Source: Spirochaetia bacterium (GTDB lineage: Bacteria; Spirochaetota; Spirochaetia; UBA9216). From it: DNA of 64,000 bases. Position 1 is the first letter of the stretch; the number at the start of each line of letters is the position of its first letter. Below the pieces are notes generated by a model. That model did not search any database and was not told where the DNA came from. It saw nothing but the letters and a program-made list of their open reading frames with translations. Made by a program: the position numbers and the translations under genes. Shown piece after piece: positions 26,290-37,615 of the stretch. The DNA lies in NCBI GenBank assembly GCA_963677925.2, contig CAXXYH010000001.1:1-64000 (forward strand), written 5' to 3'.

Positions 26290-28158
26290 ATGAAAAAAAG
26301 TGTTATATTTTTTATAATTTTCCTGTTGGTTCTGCTCAGCCCTGTTTCAGGTGCGGACAGAACCGATATGGTTATTCTTCTTGATAATTCCGTAAGCGTA
26401 ATCCCCTACTACGATCGTATTCAGGAATCTCTTATCGGTAAAATAATTACAGAACATCTGAAACCAGGTGATACTTTCAACCTGATAACTTTTTCTGATT
26501 CCACTGAAGTGGAAATAGCCAGGGAAATCCGGAATAATGATGACCTCAACCAGGTTATGAATTATTCAATGCTTCTTCAGCCTATGGGACAGCACACTGA
26601 TCTTATTCTGGCTTTGCGGGTTCTGTATAAATACTGCATGGATCTCCCGTTAAGCAATGCCAAAAAAATTATTATTTTAACCGACGGTATTCATGATCCT
26701 CCTGAGGGGAGTCCTTACTACGGTAAAACTAATGATGAAGTTCTTGATGAACTGAACAGGGTTTCAGGTGATATCCACAAGGAAGGCTGGGATGTAAGTA
26801 TCCTGCAGCTGAAAACTGATGAAGCGGAAAACCGTTCAGACAATGAATCATTGAATACACTTTCCCCGGCGCAGTCTGAAACTGAAGATACAGGAAATCA
26901 AAATACAGCTGCAGGTTCCGGGGAGCAGACTGATGATACTTCTGCAGCTGCCGGCTCCGGAAATACTCCGTCCGGTTCTGCTGAATCAGAAAGAACTGAC
27001 AGCAATGAAGTTATTGCAAGAGTAAGTGAAGCAGCCGGAGCAAGTTCAAGCGTTTTTGATGTCGATGAAGATGACATGGCGGCCGTCGCTCTGGGGATTC
27101 CTGAGCTTCATGTGGATAGTGAGCTGGGAGAGGTAAAAAGAAATTTTAAACTTCATATTGAAATTAATAATAAATCTGATTCAAGTATTTTACTGAGTCT
27201 TTCCGCCCTGTCATGGGACGGACGGAACATTCTTCAGGAACCGGTAAGTCTTAAACTTGAAGGACGGTCCGAAGGTACGCTGACTGCAGCTGTCAGCCTT
27301 CCCGATTCAGTGGCACCGGGTGAATATACTGCAGGAATAAAATTTGTTTTCACTGGTGGACAGAGGGTAAGTCCTGACAATGTAATTTTTCATTTTAAAT
27401 TGATGGAAAGCCGCGGCCTGCTCTCTTCGTTCAGTCCGGTAGTCAGATTTATAATTATTACGCTTCTTGCTGCAATCGTTATTGCAGTGCTGGTAATTCT
27501 TATACTAAGAAAGTTTTCAGGGTCAGCGTCGCATTTACCGTCGATGGCCTCACCTGCAGCGCATCATATAGTTTCTGAAGCTGCATCAGAACTTCCTGCA
27601 TCAAAGTCTGCGAAGAAAACTGAAGAGCCGGTTGAACCGGGCGAATCTGAACCTGCTGTAGATAAAAAACAAAAAGTCCATGAAGAGATGCCTGTTATCG
27701 AACGGCCTAACGCAATGCAGGAACTGATGATTGCCGAAGCAAAACGCCGCGGTTTTGATGAGTTTGATATAAAGAAAAACAGACCGATACAAATGATCGT
27801 GTACGGGCAGAACACTCAAACCGGAGTATTTAATATAAAGTGGCTTGGAATTAATACCAGACAGAAGATAGGCGGGTCAGCAGGAGCGGCATTCAGGATT
27901 TTTCTGGTAAAGGTTCCGGCGGTAATTGCTACAATAGAATGTACTGGTGATGATTTTATTTTACGGCCTGAAATCCCTGAGTTTTTCCCGGAACTTGAGG
28001 GTCCCATGCACGGCTGTCTTTACAGGCCTGTAAAAGTTGTTAATAAGGATGAGCATACTTTTTATATCGAGTTCAGACAGCATATTTCCAAACTGGAAAA
28101 ACTCAATAGATATCTTAATATGACCAGAAAAACCGGAACGCCTGATCTGGAATTCTAA
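26290..28158 (+). CDS. vWA-domain single-pass membrane protein
   Basis: Signal peptide, MIDAS DNSVS..T..LTDG, Ser/Thr/Gly-rich linker, Ig-like region, TM (FIIITLLAAIVIAVLVILIL), cytoplasmic tail. Confidence 0.82.
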   Translation: MKKSVIFFIIFLLVLLSPVSGADRTDMVILLDNSVSVIPYYDRIQESLIGKIITEHLKPGDTFNLITFSDSTEVEIAREIRNNDDLNQVMNYSMLLQPMGQHTDLILALRVLYKYCMDLPLSNAKKIIILTDGIHDPPEGSPYYGKTNDEVLDELNRVSGDIHKEGWDVSILQLKTDEAENRSDNESLNTLSPAQSETEDTGNQNTAAGSGEQTDDTSAAAGSGNTPSGSAESERTDSNEVIARVSEAAGASSSVFDVDEDDMAAVALGIPELHVDSELGEVKRNFKLHIEINNKSDSSILLSLSALSWDGRNILQEPVSLKLEGRSEGTLTAAVSLPDSVAPGEYTAGIKFVFTGGQRVSPDNVIFHFKLMESRGLLSSFSPVVRFIIITLLAAIVIAVLVILILRKFSGSASHLPSMASPAAHHIVSEAASELPASKSAKKTEEPVEPGESEPAVDKKQKVHEEMPVIERPNAMQELMIAEAKRRGFDEFDIKKNRPIQMIVYGQNTQTGVFNIKWLGINTRQKIGGSAGAAFRIFLVKVPAVIATIECTGDDFILRPEIPEFFPELEGPMHGCLYRPVKVVNKDEHTFYIEFRQHISKLEKLNRYLNMTRKTGTPDLEF

Positions 28159-28159
28159 A

Positions 28160-28185
28160 TAATGCGGTATTTAAAAACTGCATTA
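28160..28185. terminator. Hairpin between the convergent vWA and HEAT-repeat genes
   Basis: TAATGCGGT-N8-ACTGCATTA; no strong U-tract. Confidence 0.4.
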
Positions 28186-29598
28186 CCAATCTTCGAGCAC
28201 AGATAAGGCATTCTTTTTTACTGCGTTATTGCCTGATGATTCAGTGATTGCTTCGAGTTTTTCCTTAAGATCTTTAAATCCGTTTAATTCTATACCCTTG
28301 ATTCCGTATATCTTAACAGCGACATCGTTATGATCAAGCATTCGAAGATAAAGATCTTTAAGTCCTGAGTTATTCTGCTTGCTGAGAAAGTTACATATAT
28401 GACCAAGAATCGGTGAAGTTTCTTTTTCATACTCTTCAGCAAAAACCTTTTTTACAGTGTCAAGAGAGGCGGTAAGATCTTTTTCTATTACAGTTTGTGC
28501 ACAAAGAGCACGTATTCCGGCAGAAGTAGTACTGCTGCCGAAGGCTTCACGCAGAAACTCAAATGCCTCTTTTGTTCCTATTTCGCCAAGAGCTTCCACT
28601 GCAGCTTTTTTAACATTAGTTTCAGGATCTTTTTCAGCTTTATAAATCAGAATATCTACAGCTTCGCTTGTCTTCCTTTCACCAAGGGCTTCTGCTGCAC
28701 TTACTCGGACTCTCCAGAATGAATCACGCAGGGACTGAATGAGAGTTTTTTCTATATCCCTTCCCTCATAGGATGAGAGTGCTTTTACAGCAAATGAGCG
28801 AAGATATGTATCCTTATCGAGCAGTGCTTCTTTAATAGACGGAAGAGCTTCTGGATCGCCGATTTTTCCAAGTGCTTCACATGCGTTCCACCGCCAGGAT
28901 TTCTCTTCATCGATGTCATCCAGAATTTCGATCAGGATATCGACTGAAATCGCAGATTTCATATCACCAAGGGCTTTAATAATTGTAGGTTTCAGTTCAT
29001 CAGGAAAATCATCATCCTCAAGATAATCAAGCAGTGTATCAGCACTTTTTTCTGTACCGCATTTACCAAGTGCAGTTATTGCTGCAGAAGCTAAAAGTTT
29101 GTTCTCATTGTCAACAAGGTTTATAATGATATCCTCAGATTCTTCATCCGGATACGTAGATACATACCGCAGTGCAGCGGAAAGTGAATTATTATTTTCA
29201 TCTTCAAAATTTCTGATAATATTCCTGGATTTTTCACCTGCACCATCAAATTCTACAGCGATGAAATAATTAACACAGCTGCTTATTATCGAAGGATTCA
29301 GAGCTGCAGAATAGATTTCGCTGATTTCAGGTATGAACTTTGAATCCTTTTCAGAAGTCAGTTTATCTATCAGATCGGTAACCTCTGAATCAATGCCGTA
29401 GAGAAGAGTATCTCTTCTGTCTTCATCAAGAGATTTAAGCTGCTCTTCTGCTTTTTTGTCATCTTCCTTCGTATGTTCATCCGCTGACGTTTCATTTGAA
29501 GTTTTATCGGCTTCATTTGCGATATCCTGTGCGGATATATTAAAAAGCGGAATAAGAAAAATTACCGCATAACAAAGGAAGGTTTGTATTTTATGCAT
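28183..29598 (-). CDS. Secreted HEAT-repeat protein
   Basis: Signal peptide and repeated A..ALG.IG motifs (RWNACEALGKIG, VRVSAAEALG). Confidence 0.85.
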   Translation of the reverse strand: MHKIQTFLCYAVIFLIPLFNISAQDIANEADKTSNETSADEHTKEDDKKAEEQLKSLDEDRRDTLLYGIDSEVTDLIDKLTSEKDSKFIPEISEIYSAALNPSIISSCVNYFIAVEFDGAGEKSRNIIRNFEDENNNSLSAALRYVSTYPDEESEDIIINLVDNENKLLASAAITALGKCGTEKSADTLLDYLEDDDFPDELKPTIIKALGDMKSAISVDILIEILDDIDEEKSWRWNACEALGKIGDPEALPSIKEALLDKDTYLRSFAVKALSSYEGRDIEKTLIQSLRDSFWRVRVSAAEALGERKTSEAVDILIYKAEKDPETNVKKAAVEALGEIGTKEAFEFLREAFGSSTTSAGIRALCAQTVIEKDLTASLDTVKKVFAEEYEKETSPILGHICNFLSKQNNSGLKDLYLRMLDHNDVAVKIYGIKGIELNGFKDLKEKLEAITESSGNNAVKKNALSVLEDW

Positions 29599-31153
29599 TT
29601 TTTCTTTTCCTTCTGCTCAACAGATCATTTATCATCTCGACTCTAGTAAGTTTATACATCCCCAATATCAGTGCACAACTGCCGATAAAACCGGTTAAAA
29701 GCATGGATACTCCGTAAAAACTGCTTCCATCCAGCCACCAGTCTCCGCTTAATTTCTTAAAAATCAGGAGAAAAGCGACAAAGGGTGTCATTGAAAAGAG
29801 TATTTTCAAAAATGTCTTTAAAATACTTTTATAATCAATAGTCTTAAGTTTTAATACTGCAAGAATAAAGAGAATTATAAACCCGATACTGAAGGAAATT
29901 GTATTTGCATAGGCAAGTCCCCTAACACCGAGATAAGTTTCTTTTAAAATAAGTGAAAGAATTATATCGCTTACAGCAATTATCATTGTCATATAAAGAG
30001 GAATTCGGTAATTTCCGGAGCTGTAAAAAAATCTCTGGAGGAAATTATAAGCGCCGGAACTGAACAGTCCTGCACTATAGGCTGTTAATACTGATGCCGT
30101 CATAACTGTATTTTCGGCAGTAAACATCCCATGCTGAATGGTGACTGCTATTATCTCTCTGCCGAAAAGGCTTAGAAAAAGAGTTGAAGGAATTAGAAGT
30201 ACAGCCAGATAGCGTATTCCGTACTGAATTGTATCTGCAAGACCGGTGTAATCAGATGAAGCGGCCTGACGGCTCATTCGCGGAAACAGTACTGTTGATA
30301 TTGATGCCGAAAATATTCCGTAAGGGAACTGCCAGAAAACTACTGCATTGCTTAGTGCGGAAGTACTTCCTTCAGCGAGGCCGCTAGCAAAACGGAAGGC
30401 AATTGTCTGTGTAACTGTTAAAATTGAGCTGGTTGCCAGAACCGGCATCCACTGTTTCATTATACGCTGAAAACCTGAATTTTTGAATTTGAAATCAGGT
30501 TTAAAATCAAAGCCGGATTTAATGAAAACAGGAGATTGAAACAGTATTTGAGCAAGCCCTCCGGCCAGGACTCCCACAACCATTGAATAGACACCAAGAA
30601 TCTCATGAAGTAGGACTATTGAACCTATTACGCAGATTGAAAAAAGTATCGGTGTAACTGCCGGTACCATAAAATGACCTGACGAGTTCAAAGTAGCCAT
30701 TAGAACAGCACTGATGCTTATAAAAAGCAGATAATTGATAAACCATCTGAAAAGTTTTACAGCTAGGTCAACCTGCCATTGAGCTTCAAATTCAGCGAGA
30801 ACAAGAGATATGAGCGGTTTTGCAAAAATTATAAGCAGTACACATAGGGGAACAAGAATTAGAACCTGAAACGACAGGATATTTCGCACCAGACGCTTTG
30901 GCTCCTTTCCTGTTTTGTCTTTCACCATAGCCTGTGAAAGCACAGGAATAAATGCTGAAGAAAGTGCCCCTTCAGCCATCAGCTTCCGGAGGTTATTTGG
31001 GATTGAAAAAGTAAGATTTATAACATCTGCAACTTCGCCGGCTCCGAAAATTGCCGTAATCACGGCAATCCGTATGAATCCGAGTATTCTAGATGCAAAG
31101 GTGCAGATCATCACAACAAAAGTTGAACGGACCGTTTTTGTTTTATCGCTCAT
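29591..31153 (-). CDS. murJ: Lipid II flippase MurJ
   Basis: SRILGFIR, PNNLRKLMAEGALSSAFIP; multi-TM. Confidence 0.95.
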   Translation of the reverse strand: MSDKTKTVRSTFVVMICTFASRILGFIRIAVITAIFGAGEVADVINLTFSIPNNLRKLMAEGALSSAFIPVLSQAMVKDKTGKEPKRLVRNILSFQVLILVPLCVLLIIFAKPLISLVLAEFEAQWQVDLAVKLFRWFINYLLFISISAVLMATLNSSGHFMVPAVTPILFSICVIGSIVLLHEILGVYSMVVGVLAGGLAQILFQSPVFIKSGFDFKPDFKFKNSGFQRIMKQWMPVLATSSILTVTQTIAFRFASGLAEGSTSALSNAVVFWQFPYGIFSASISTVLFPRMSRQAASSDYTGLADTIQYGIRYLAVLLIPSTLFLSLFGREIIAVTIQHGMFTAENTVMTASVLTAYSAGLFSSGAYNFLQRFFYSSGNYRIPLYMTMIIAVSDIILSLILKETYLGVRGLAYANTISFSIGFIILFILAVLKLKTIDYKSILKTFLKILFSMTPFVAFLLIFKKLSGDWWLDGSSFYGVSMLLTGFIGSCALILGMYKLTRVEMINDLLSRRKRKNA

Positions 31154-31158
31154 AATTT

Positions 31159-32301
31159 TTATCTGCCGGCCTTTCCAGTTGAATTGCTTGAGTTATAGAC
31201 GGACAAAAAGTCTTTTTTAAACTGAGTAAATCGATCTTCGCGTATACTTTTTCGTATATCTTCAAGCATATTATAAAGGAAATAGAGGTTATGTTCAGTG
31301 GCAAGCATTGGACCGTACATCTCTCCTGCCTTGAACATGTGCCGCAGGTAAGCCCTGGAATATTGTGTGCAGGCTCTGCAGCCACAGCCTTCTTCAATAG
31401 GTTCATGAGATGAGGCGTGTACAGCCTTTTTGAGCGAAATGGTTCCTCTTCTTGTGAATACAGTACCATTACGGGCAATTCTGGTAGGAAGTACGCAGTC
31501 AAATAGATCAATACCGTTTTCAACTGCATCAAGTATATATTCAGGTGTGCCTATACCCATAAGATATCTTGGTTTTGATTCGGGCAGGAATTGTGAAGTG
31601 TATGAAAGAAAGTCACGGAATACATTATATTCTTCACCAACAGAAAGACCGCCGATGGCGTATCCGGGAAGATCAAGCTCAATCAGTTCTTCTGCACTTC
31701 TTTTTCTAAGATCTTCATAAAAATTTCCCTGCACTATACCGAACAGGCTTCCTTCATAACCGGGCGATTCCTTCATCCACTCGGATTTACATCTGCCGGC
31801 CCATCTTGTTGTAAGTTCAAGAGCCTCTAGAGCCTTGCGATAGTCTATTTCAGGTGCTGTGCAGACGTCTAATTGCATCATTATGTCGCTGTTGAAAGCC
31901 TTCTGCAGCTGTACAACCTTTTCAGGAGTCAAAGTATGATAGCTTCCGTCTATATGAGATCTGAAATATACACCCTCTTCTTTAATTTTTCTGAATGGTG
32001 CAAGAGAGAATACCTGAAATCCGCCGCTGTCGGTAAGTATATTATGCTTCCAGTTACTGAACTTGTGTACTCCGCCGAACTCAAGAAACAGATCCATGCC
32101 CGGACGAAGATACAGGTGGTAAGTATTGGCAAGAATGAGCTTGAATCCGATATTATCAAGGGTTTCATGATGCATACCCTTTACAGTTGCATTTGTTCCT
32201 ACCGGCATAAAAACCGGAGTTTCAAGGGAGCCGTGAGGCAGTTCCAGATTTCCGGTTCTGGCGGAAGAGCCTGAATCATTTTTTATAACTTCGAATTTCA
32301 A
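31159..32301 (-). CDS. tgt: Queuine tRNA-ribosyltransferase
   Basis: TPVFMPVGT, ANTYHL, TDSGGFQ, GGLSVGE, FDCVLPTR, C.C.AC zinc site. Confidence 0.98.
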   Translation of the reverse strand: MKFEVIKNDSGSSARTGNLELPHGSLETPVFMPVGTNATVKGMHHETLDNIGFKLILANTYHLYLRPGMDLFLEFGGVHKFSNWKHNILTDSGGFQVFSLAPFRKIKEEGVYFRSHIDGSYHTLTPEKVVQLQKAFNSDIMMQLDVCTAPEIDYRKALEALELTTRWAGRCKSEWMKESPGYEGSLFGIVQGNFYEDLRKRSAEELIELDLPGYAIGGLSVGEEYNVFRDFLSYTSQFLPESKPRYLMGIGTPEYILDAVENGIDLFDCVLPTRIARNGTVFTRRGTISLKKAVHASSHEPIEEGCGCRACTQYSRAYLRHMFKAGEMYGPMLATEHNLYFLYNMLEDIRKSIREDRFTQFKKDFLSVYNSSNSTGKAGR

Positions 32302-32329
32302 CTAATACTCCATAAATAAGAATGATTTA

Positions 32330-33415
32330 TTACGAATGCGACCATCGATAGGCAAAGAATCCAAGTATGCAGAAAAAGATAAATGGTGACCAGGCACCGG
32401 CAGCCGGTGAAATATAACCCAGGTTAGCAAGGATAACCAGAACCATCTGCATTACATAGTATACTACAGATATGATAAGACTTGTAAGCAGACTCATCAA
32501 GAGGATATTTTTCCTGAACCTCCCTCCTATGGCAGCAGACAGCAGACTTACTATAAATGGGGTCAGAGCAAAAGAAAATCTCTTGTAATAAGCTGTAAGG
32601 GCTTCTCTGTAAGGCAGACCGGCTTTCTGAAGCGCTTCAATCCATAATGAGGCATCTTTAAGCTGCATTTCTTCAACATCCCGCACAACCTTTCGAAATG
32701 TAAAGGGAGCTGCGTCGTATAATTCATTGGTAAACTTGTCTATATAATCAATTTCATAAAAACCGGTATCGGAATTCAGAGAATATATCCTGCAGCGGTT
32801 AAATTCCCAGAGTAATTTTTCCTCATTCCATTTTGCATATTCAGCACTTAAACTCTGTATCAGATTACCTTCAGAATCTCGTTCTATAAGAGTTAAATTA
32901 GTAAGATTAGTTTCATTATCATTATAAAAATCGGCGCTGTAGATAACCCTTCCATTCTGATCAATTACTGTCGGATTGCTGTTATTAAGACTTTCAGAAC
33001 GTCGAAGCATCTGATTGGATAGATCATTTTTCATTTTGTAGGTTTCTATAACAAGATTTTCCTCAAAAGCAAATGAAAACACACTGAGTATAAGTCCTGC
33101 AAAAATTAAAGGAAGAACAAACCTGAATAGTGGAACTCCGGAACCGAAAACTGCAATAAGTTCATTGTTGGAATAGAAGTTTCCAAGAGTATATGATACA
33201 GCAAACAATAGTGCCATTGGAATTGAAAATGAAATACACTTTGGAATATATAATACAAATACAGAAACTATCTGGATTAATGGGGTCTCATTATCAATAT
33301 ACCGCCAGAGGTTGGCGAACAAATCGACCATCTCAAGGATTAGAACAAAAAACATTACAGCGACCAGTAGTGTCGGTAAAAACTGTCTGATGATCATTCT
33401 ATCTAATGTATTCAA
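32330..33415 (-). CDS. lptG: LptF/LptG-family permease (LptG-like)
   Basis: LptF/G architecture of 3 TM, periplasmic beta region, 3 TM; NELIAVFGSGV motif. The F/G assignment is by gene order. Confidence 0.8.
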   Translation of the reverse strand: MNTLDRMIIRQFLPTLLVAVMFFVLILEMVDLFANLWRYIDNETPLIQIVSVFVLYIPKCISFSIPMALLFAVSYTLGNFYSNNELIAVFGSGVPLFRFVLPLIFAGLILSVFSFAFEENLVIETYKMKNDLSNQMLRRSESLNNSNPTVIDQNGRVIYSADFYNDNETNLTNLTLIERDSEGNLIQSLSAEYAKWNEEKLLWEFNRCRIYSLNSDTGFYEIDYIDKFTNELYDAAPFTFRKVVRDVEEMQLKDASLWIEALQKAGLPYREALTAYYKRFSFALTPFIVSLLSAAIGGRFRKNILLMSLLTSLIISVVYYVMQMVLVILANLGYISPAAGAWSPFIFFCILGFFAYRWSHS

Positions 33416-34680
33416 TGGCGAAACCTCAGTAGTGAAAATATCAGAGCTGCAGCTATGATTACAATATCAGGCATCCACATCGTCAATATCGGAATAGAAT
33501 CGTTTTGTATCCCGAATGTCTGTCCAGCAAACAGAAGTCCCCAGTAAGCGACAGCAACAAGCAGTCCTATACCGAAGCCTACAGAGCGGCCGCTTCTTTT
33601 GGTGAAAAGTCCAACAGGAAATGCAAACAATACAAAGGCAAAGCAGGCAAAGGGCAATGAAAACTTTTTATAGTATTCAACAAGGTATATTTTTAATGAA
33701 CGATCACTAATGTTCTTATTCAGTCTGTTTCTGTAATCTTCAAGATTAGAACTCATTATTTTAAAGTCGAAATCAGGCGGAAACTGAGAAACAGCCGTAT
33801 AGTATTCAGAGGCTAAAGTATATCCTGAAAGTTCAGCACTCCTGAGGTTTGAGAGAATCTTGGAATCAAGCGAACCCTCTTTTTTAAGGATTTCAGCTTT
33901 AACATCTCTGGAACTCATTTCCCTCGGCCCGGGTGATTTCATTGAAAAGGAAATATCCTTTAGAAGGATATTATAAACCATGGACTTTGATGTGAGATAA
34001 TCAAAATCATTCTTCTTCTTTTGATCAAAGGTCTGAATGAATACACCATTCAGTTCAAGAGAAATTACACCGTTCTGCTCTTCAAGCTTGTTGAGGGATG
34101 CAGAATCAGCAAGAATGATACGTCTGTCTTTTTCTGGAGTTTTATCCATGATCACAAGATCATAGATTACGTTATTTTCAATTTTTCCTGTGATTATTGT
34201 ACTTTTCTGGTAGCGTTTGATTGAATATGGAGATAATTCAAGTTCAGGATTTGAATATAAGACTTCTCTGTAAAGCTGGCTGAATTTTATATTTCCCATT
34301 GGATAGAATATATCATTCATTAAGAAACTGAATAAGGAAAATACAAGACCTACTACTGCAATAGGAATAAAAAGCCTTATTGCAGGCACTCCACAGGCCT
34401 GAAATGCAAGAACTTCATTATCCGAAGAGAGACGGCCGATAGCCATTAAGGCTCCTACGAGTGAACCGAAGGGGAATGAGAAAGATATTATTGCCGGAAG
34501 GGAATAAATCAGCAGTCTAAGTACAATAAATATACCGATATTTTTAGAAAGTATTTCTTCTGCCATGAGAAGTATCTGATTTACAAAGAAGATAAAGAAA
34601 AAAAATAAAAACGCAACGGTAAATGAAAAGAGAAATTCTTCCGCAACGTATCTGTAAACACTGGTAAACTTTCTACCCAC
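33412..34680 (-). CDS. lptF: LptF/LptG-family permease (LptF-like)
   Basis: GRLSSDNEVLAFQACG and KKFSLPFAC. The F/G assignment is by gene order. Confidence 0.8.
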   Translation of the reverse strand: MGRKFTSVYRYVAEEFLFSFTVAFLFFFFIFFVNQILLMAEEILSKNIGIFIVLRLLIYSLPAIISFSFPFGSLVGALMAIGRLSSDNEVLAFQACGVPAIRLFIPIAVVGLVFSLFSFLMNDIFYPMGNIKFSQLYREVLYSNPELELSPYSIKRYQKSTIITGKIENNVIYDLVIMDKTPEKDRRIILADSASLNKLEEQNGVISLELNGVFIQTFDQKKKNDFDYLTSKSMVYNILLKDISFSMKSPGPREMSSRDVKAEILKKEGSLDSKILSNLRSAELSGYTLASEYYTAVSQFPPDFDFKIMSSNLEDYRNRLNKNISDRSLKIYLVEYYKKFSLPFACFAFVLFAFPVGLFTKRSGRSVGFGIGLLVAVAYWGLLFAGQTFGIQNDSIPILTMWMPDIVIIAAALIFSLLRFRH

Positions 34681-34702
34681 TTAATTAATTTATCCCTGAT
34701 AC

Positions 34703-35143
34703 TCAGACTCCGGTAGAGCCGAAACCGCCGCTCCCCCTGTCTGTTTCTGAAAGTACTTCTGTTTCTATCAATTCTGCCTGAACAACAGGTGCAAAAACAA
34801 GCTGTGCTATGCGGTCTCCTCGTTTGATCGTAAAATCTTCACTGCTAAGGTTTATCAGAATTATTTTAACTTCACCACGGTAATCGGCATCGATAGTACC
34901 CGGAGTATTCAGAACTGTAATTCCGCTTTTGGCAGCAAGTCCTGATCTGGGTCTTACCTGGGCTTCATAACCGGCTGGTATTTCAAGTCTGATACCGGTT
35001 GGAACCATAACCCGCTGGAGAGGGCTGAGTATAATATCTTCAATAACATCAGCCTTTAAATCAGCTCCTGACGCAAATTCTGAAGAATATACCGGTTCAA
35101 GATTTTCAGTGCAGCTGTATCGTACTTTTAAATTTTTCATCAC
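34703..35143 (-). CDS. dut: dUTP diphosphatase
   Basis: [36 protein letters not shown]. Confidence 0.98.
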   Translation of the reverse strand: MMKNLKVRYSCTENLEPVYSSEFASGADLKADVIEDIILSPLQRVMVPTGIRLEIPAGYEAQVRPRSGLAAKSGITVLNTPGTIDADYRGEVKIILINLSSEDFTIKRGDRIAQLVFAPVVQAELIETEVLSETDRGSGGFGSTGV

Positions 35144-35149
35144 GGCTCC

Positions 35150-35180
35150 AAAAAAGAACCCGGTGTCTTACCACCGGGTT
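35150..35180 (-). terminator. Intrinsic terminator after pnp, abutting the dut SD
   Basis: AACCCGGTG/CACCGGGTT 9-bp stem with a 6-nt loop, then CTTTTTT on the minus strand. Confidence 0.82.
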
Positions 35181-35197
35181 TAATTTACCTAAGTAAG

Positions 35198-37318
35198 TTA
35201 TTCTGTTTTTTCATCAGCAGGTTTGTCAGCTTTTTCCTGATCTTCAAGTGCATCAATATAGCTGAGGTTTATTCTGCCCATTCTGTCAATTTCAATAATC
35301 TTAACAGGAATTTCCTGGTTAAGCTGAAGAACATCGCCTACAGCATTAACTCTCTTTCTGGAAAGCCTTGAAATATGACAAAGACCTTCTTTCCCGGGAA
35401 GGAACTCAATAAAAGCACCAAAGTCCATTATTCTCTTTACGACACCCTGGTATAAAGTTCCTACTTCCGGTTCTGCAACAAGGCCTTTAACAACTACCAG
35501 AGCTTCTTCAGCATTCTGACTGTTTTTACCGTAGATGGTTGTCGAACCGTCCTGTTCAATATTGATGTTTACATCATATTTCTCAGAGATAGCTTTAATA
35601 GACTTACCGCCCTGTCCGATTACTGCACCTATTTTATCTTCCGGAATCTTGATATTGATAATTCTCGGGGCAAACTCGGAAACAGTAGAACTTGGCTCAC
35701 TAATTGTTTTACCCATAATATCAAGAATATGCATTCTTCCGCGTTTGGCCTGCTCAAGAGCAGTTTTCATAATCTCGGGGCTTACTCCTGAGATTTTGAT
35801 ATCCATCTGGAAGGCTGTAATACCGTCAGCGGTTCCGCAGACTTTGAAGTCCATGTCTCCGAGGTGATCTTCTTCTCCAAGAATATCGGAAAGAACTACA
35901 GTATTAGTGTTGTCAGTTATCAGACCCATCGCAATACCTGCAACAGGTTTTTTAATAGGAACTCCGGCATTAAGCAGTGAAAGTGTTCCGCTGCAGACTG
36001 TTGCCATTGATGAAGATCCGTTAGATTCAAGTATTTCTGAAACTATCCTTATAGTATAGGGAAAAGATTCTTTAGTCGGGATAACCGCTGCAAGAGCCCG
36101 CTGGGCAAGATGCCCATGGCCAATTTCACGTCGTCCGGTAGAAAGTCTTCCGCACTCACCTACTGAAAAAGGAGGAAAGTTATAATGAAGCATGAAGTTG
36201 GTATATCTCTTATCACCGTCAATATCATCTATCATCTGCTCATCAAAAACAGTTCCAAGTGTAGTTACACCAAGTGACTGTGTTTCGCCTCTTGTAAAAA
36301 GGGCGCTTCCGTGAGTTCTCTGAAGAACACCGATGTCGCATGTGATCTGTCTGATATCTTCAGGACCTCGTCCGTCAGTTCTGAGCTTCTTCTCGAGGAT
36401 AGATTTTCTAACTACGTTGTACTCAATATCTTCCATAAGTGCATCAAAGAGTTTCATTTCATCTTCAGAAAATTCTGCACAGAACTTTTCTTTGGCCTGA
36501 GTTTTAACTGCTTTGATTGCTGCATATCTGGTATGTTTGCCTTTTACAAAGCATGCTTCACTGATAAGCGGTGTAGCAAAGCTTTCTATCTCATCGCGTC
36601 CGGGAAGTTCAAGCTTGGATTCAGTAAGACCAAGTTTTTCCAGTCCGCATTTTTCAGCAAGTTCCTGCTGAATCCGGCAAAGCTGATCAATAACAGCCTT
36701 ACCCTTGTCGATGGCAGTTAAAAGAATTTCTTCAGAAACCTCTTTTGCACCACCCTCAACCATTGTTATACCTTCAGTTGATCCGGCTACAACAATTTCA
36801 AGTTCACTGTTTTCGATCTGTTCAAAGGTCGGGTTTACTGTATATTCCCCGTTTGCATAACAAACTCTGACAGCACCGATAGGTCCGTCAAATGGAATAT
36901 CTGATATTACAACAGCCGCAAAAGAAGCTGCCATTGCAATTACATCCGGCGGATTGACCTGGTCAGATGAAACTACAGTAGGCACTACCTGAATCTCTCT
37001 GCCGAACTCTTTAAAGAAAAGCGGACGCATCGGTCTGTCGATAAGTCTTGAAACAAGAATTTCCTTATCTTTAGGCCGTCCCTCTCTCTTTAAGAAACCA
37101 CCTGGAATTTTTCCGGCAGCATAGTATTTCTCGTTATATTCAACCTGAAGAGGAACATAATCGAGCCCTTCAACCGGTTTATCACCACAGCAGACAGTAG
37201 CAAGTACTGCTGATCCGCCATAAGTTGCGAATACAGCTCCGTTTGCCTGCTTTGCCATCTTTCCGGTTTCAAGAACCAGCTCTTTTCCGTCAATTTCCAG
37301 ACTAACTCTATTTATCAT
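35198..37318 (-). CDS. pnp: Polyribonucleotide nucleotidyltransferase
   Basis: [36 protein letters not shown] and S1 domains. Confidence 0.99.
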   Translation of the reverse strand: MINRVSLEIDGKELVLETGKMAKQANGAVFATYGGSAVLATVCCGDKPVEGLDYVPLQVEYNEKYYAAGKIPGGFLKREGRPKDKEILVSRLIDRPMRPLFFKEFGREIQVVPTVVSSDQVNPPDVIAMAASFAAVVISDIPFDGPIGAVRVCYANGEYTVNPTFEQIENSELEIVVAGSTEGITMVEGGAKEVSEEILLTAIDKGKAVIDQLCRIQQELAEKCGLEKLGLTESKLELPGRDEIESFATPLISEACFVKGKHTRYAAIKAVKTQAKEKFCAEFSEDEMKLFDALMEDIEYNVVRKSILEKKLRTDGRGPEDIRQITCDIGVLQRTHGSALFTRGETQSLGVTTLGTVFDEQMIDDIDGDKRYTNFMLHYNFPPFSVGECGRLSTGRREIGHGHLAQRALAAVIPTKESFPYTIRIVSEILESNGSSSMATVCSGTLSLLNAGVPIKKPVAGIAMGLITDNTNTVVLSDILGEEDHLGDMDFKVCGTADGITAFQMDIKISGVSPEIMKTALEQAKRGRMHILDIMGKTISEPSSTVSEFAPRIINIKIPEDKIGAVIGQGGKSIKAISEKYDVNINIEQDGSTTIYGKNSQNAEEALVVVKGLVAEPEVGTLYQGVVKRIMDFGAFIEFLPGKEGLCHISRLSRKRVNAVGDVLQLNQEIPVKIIEIDRMGRINLSYIDALEDQEKADKPADEKTE

Positions 37319-37338
37319 AAAAAATTCCTAATAATTAA

Positions 37339-37605
37339 TTACTTTCTGAGATTCAGTTTCTTCAAAATCTCCCTGTAAGCTTCCAGATCTGTTCTTTTAA
37401 GATATTTCAGAAAAGTTCTTCTCTGGCCGACCATCTTCAGAAGTCCTCTTCTCGAACTGTGGTCCTTCTTGTGCTCTTTAAAGTGATCAGTTAAATCCTG
37501 AATTCTTGCTGTAAGCAGTGCAATCTGAACCTCGGTTGAACCAGTGTCCTTATCGTTGAGTCCAAATTCTGCTATAATCGCCTGCTTGCGTTCTTTTGTT
37601 AACAT
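37339..37605 (-). CDS. rpsO: 30S ribosomal protein S15
   Basis: [13 protein letters not shown] and [14 protein letters not shown]. Confidence 0.99.
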   Translation of the reverse strand: MLTKERKQAIIAEFGLNDKDTGSTEVQIALLTARIQDLTDHFKEHKKDHSSRRGLLKMVGQRRTFLKYLKRTDLEAYREILKKLNLRK

Positions 37606-37615
37606 TGTATACTCC

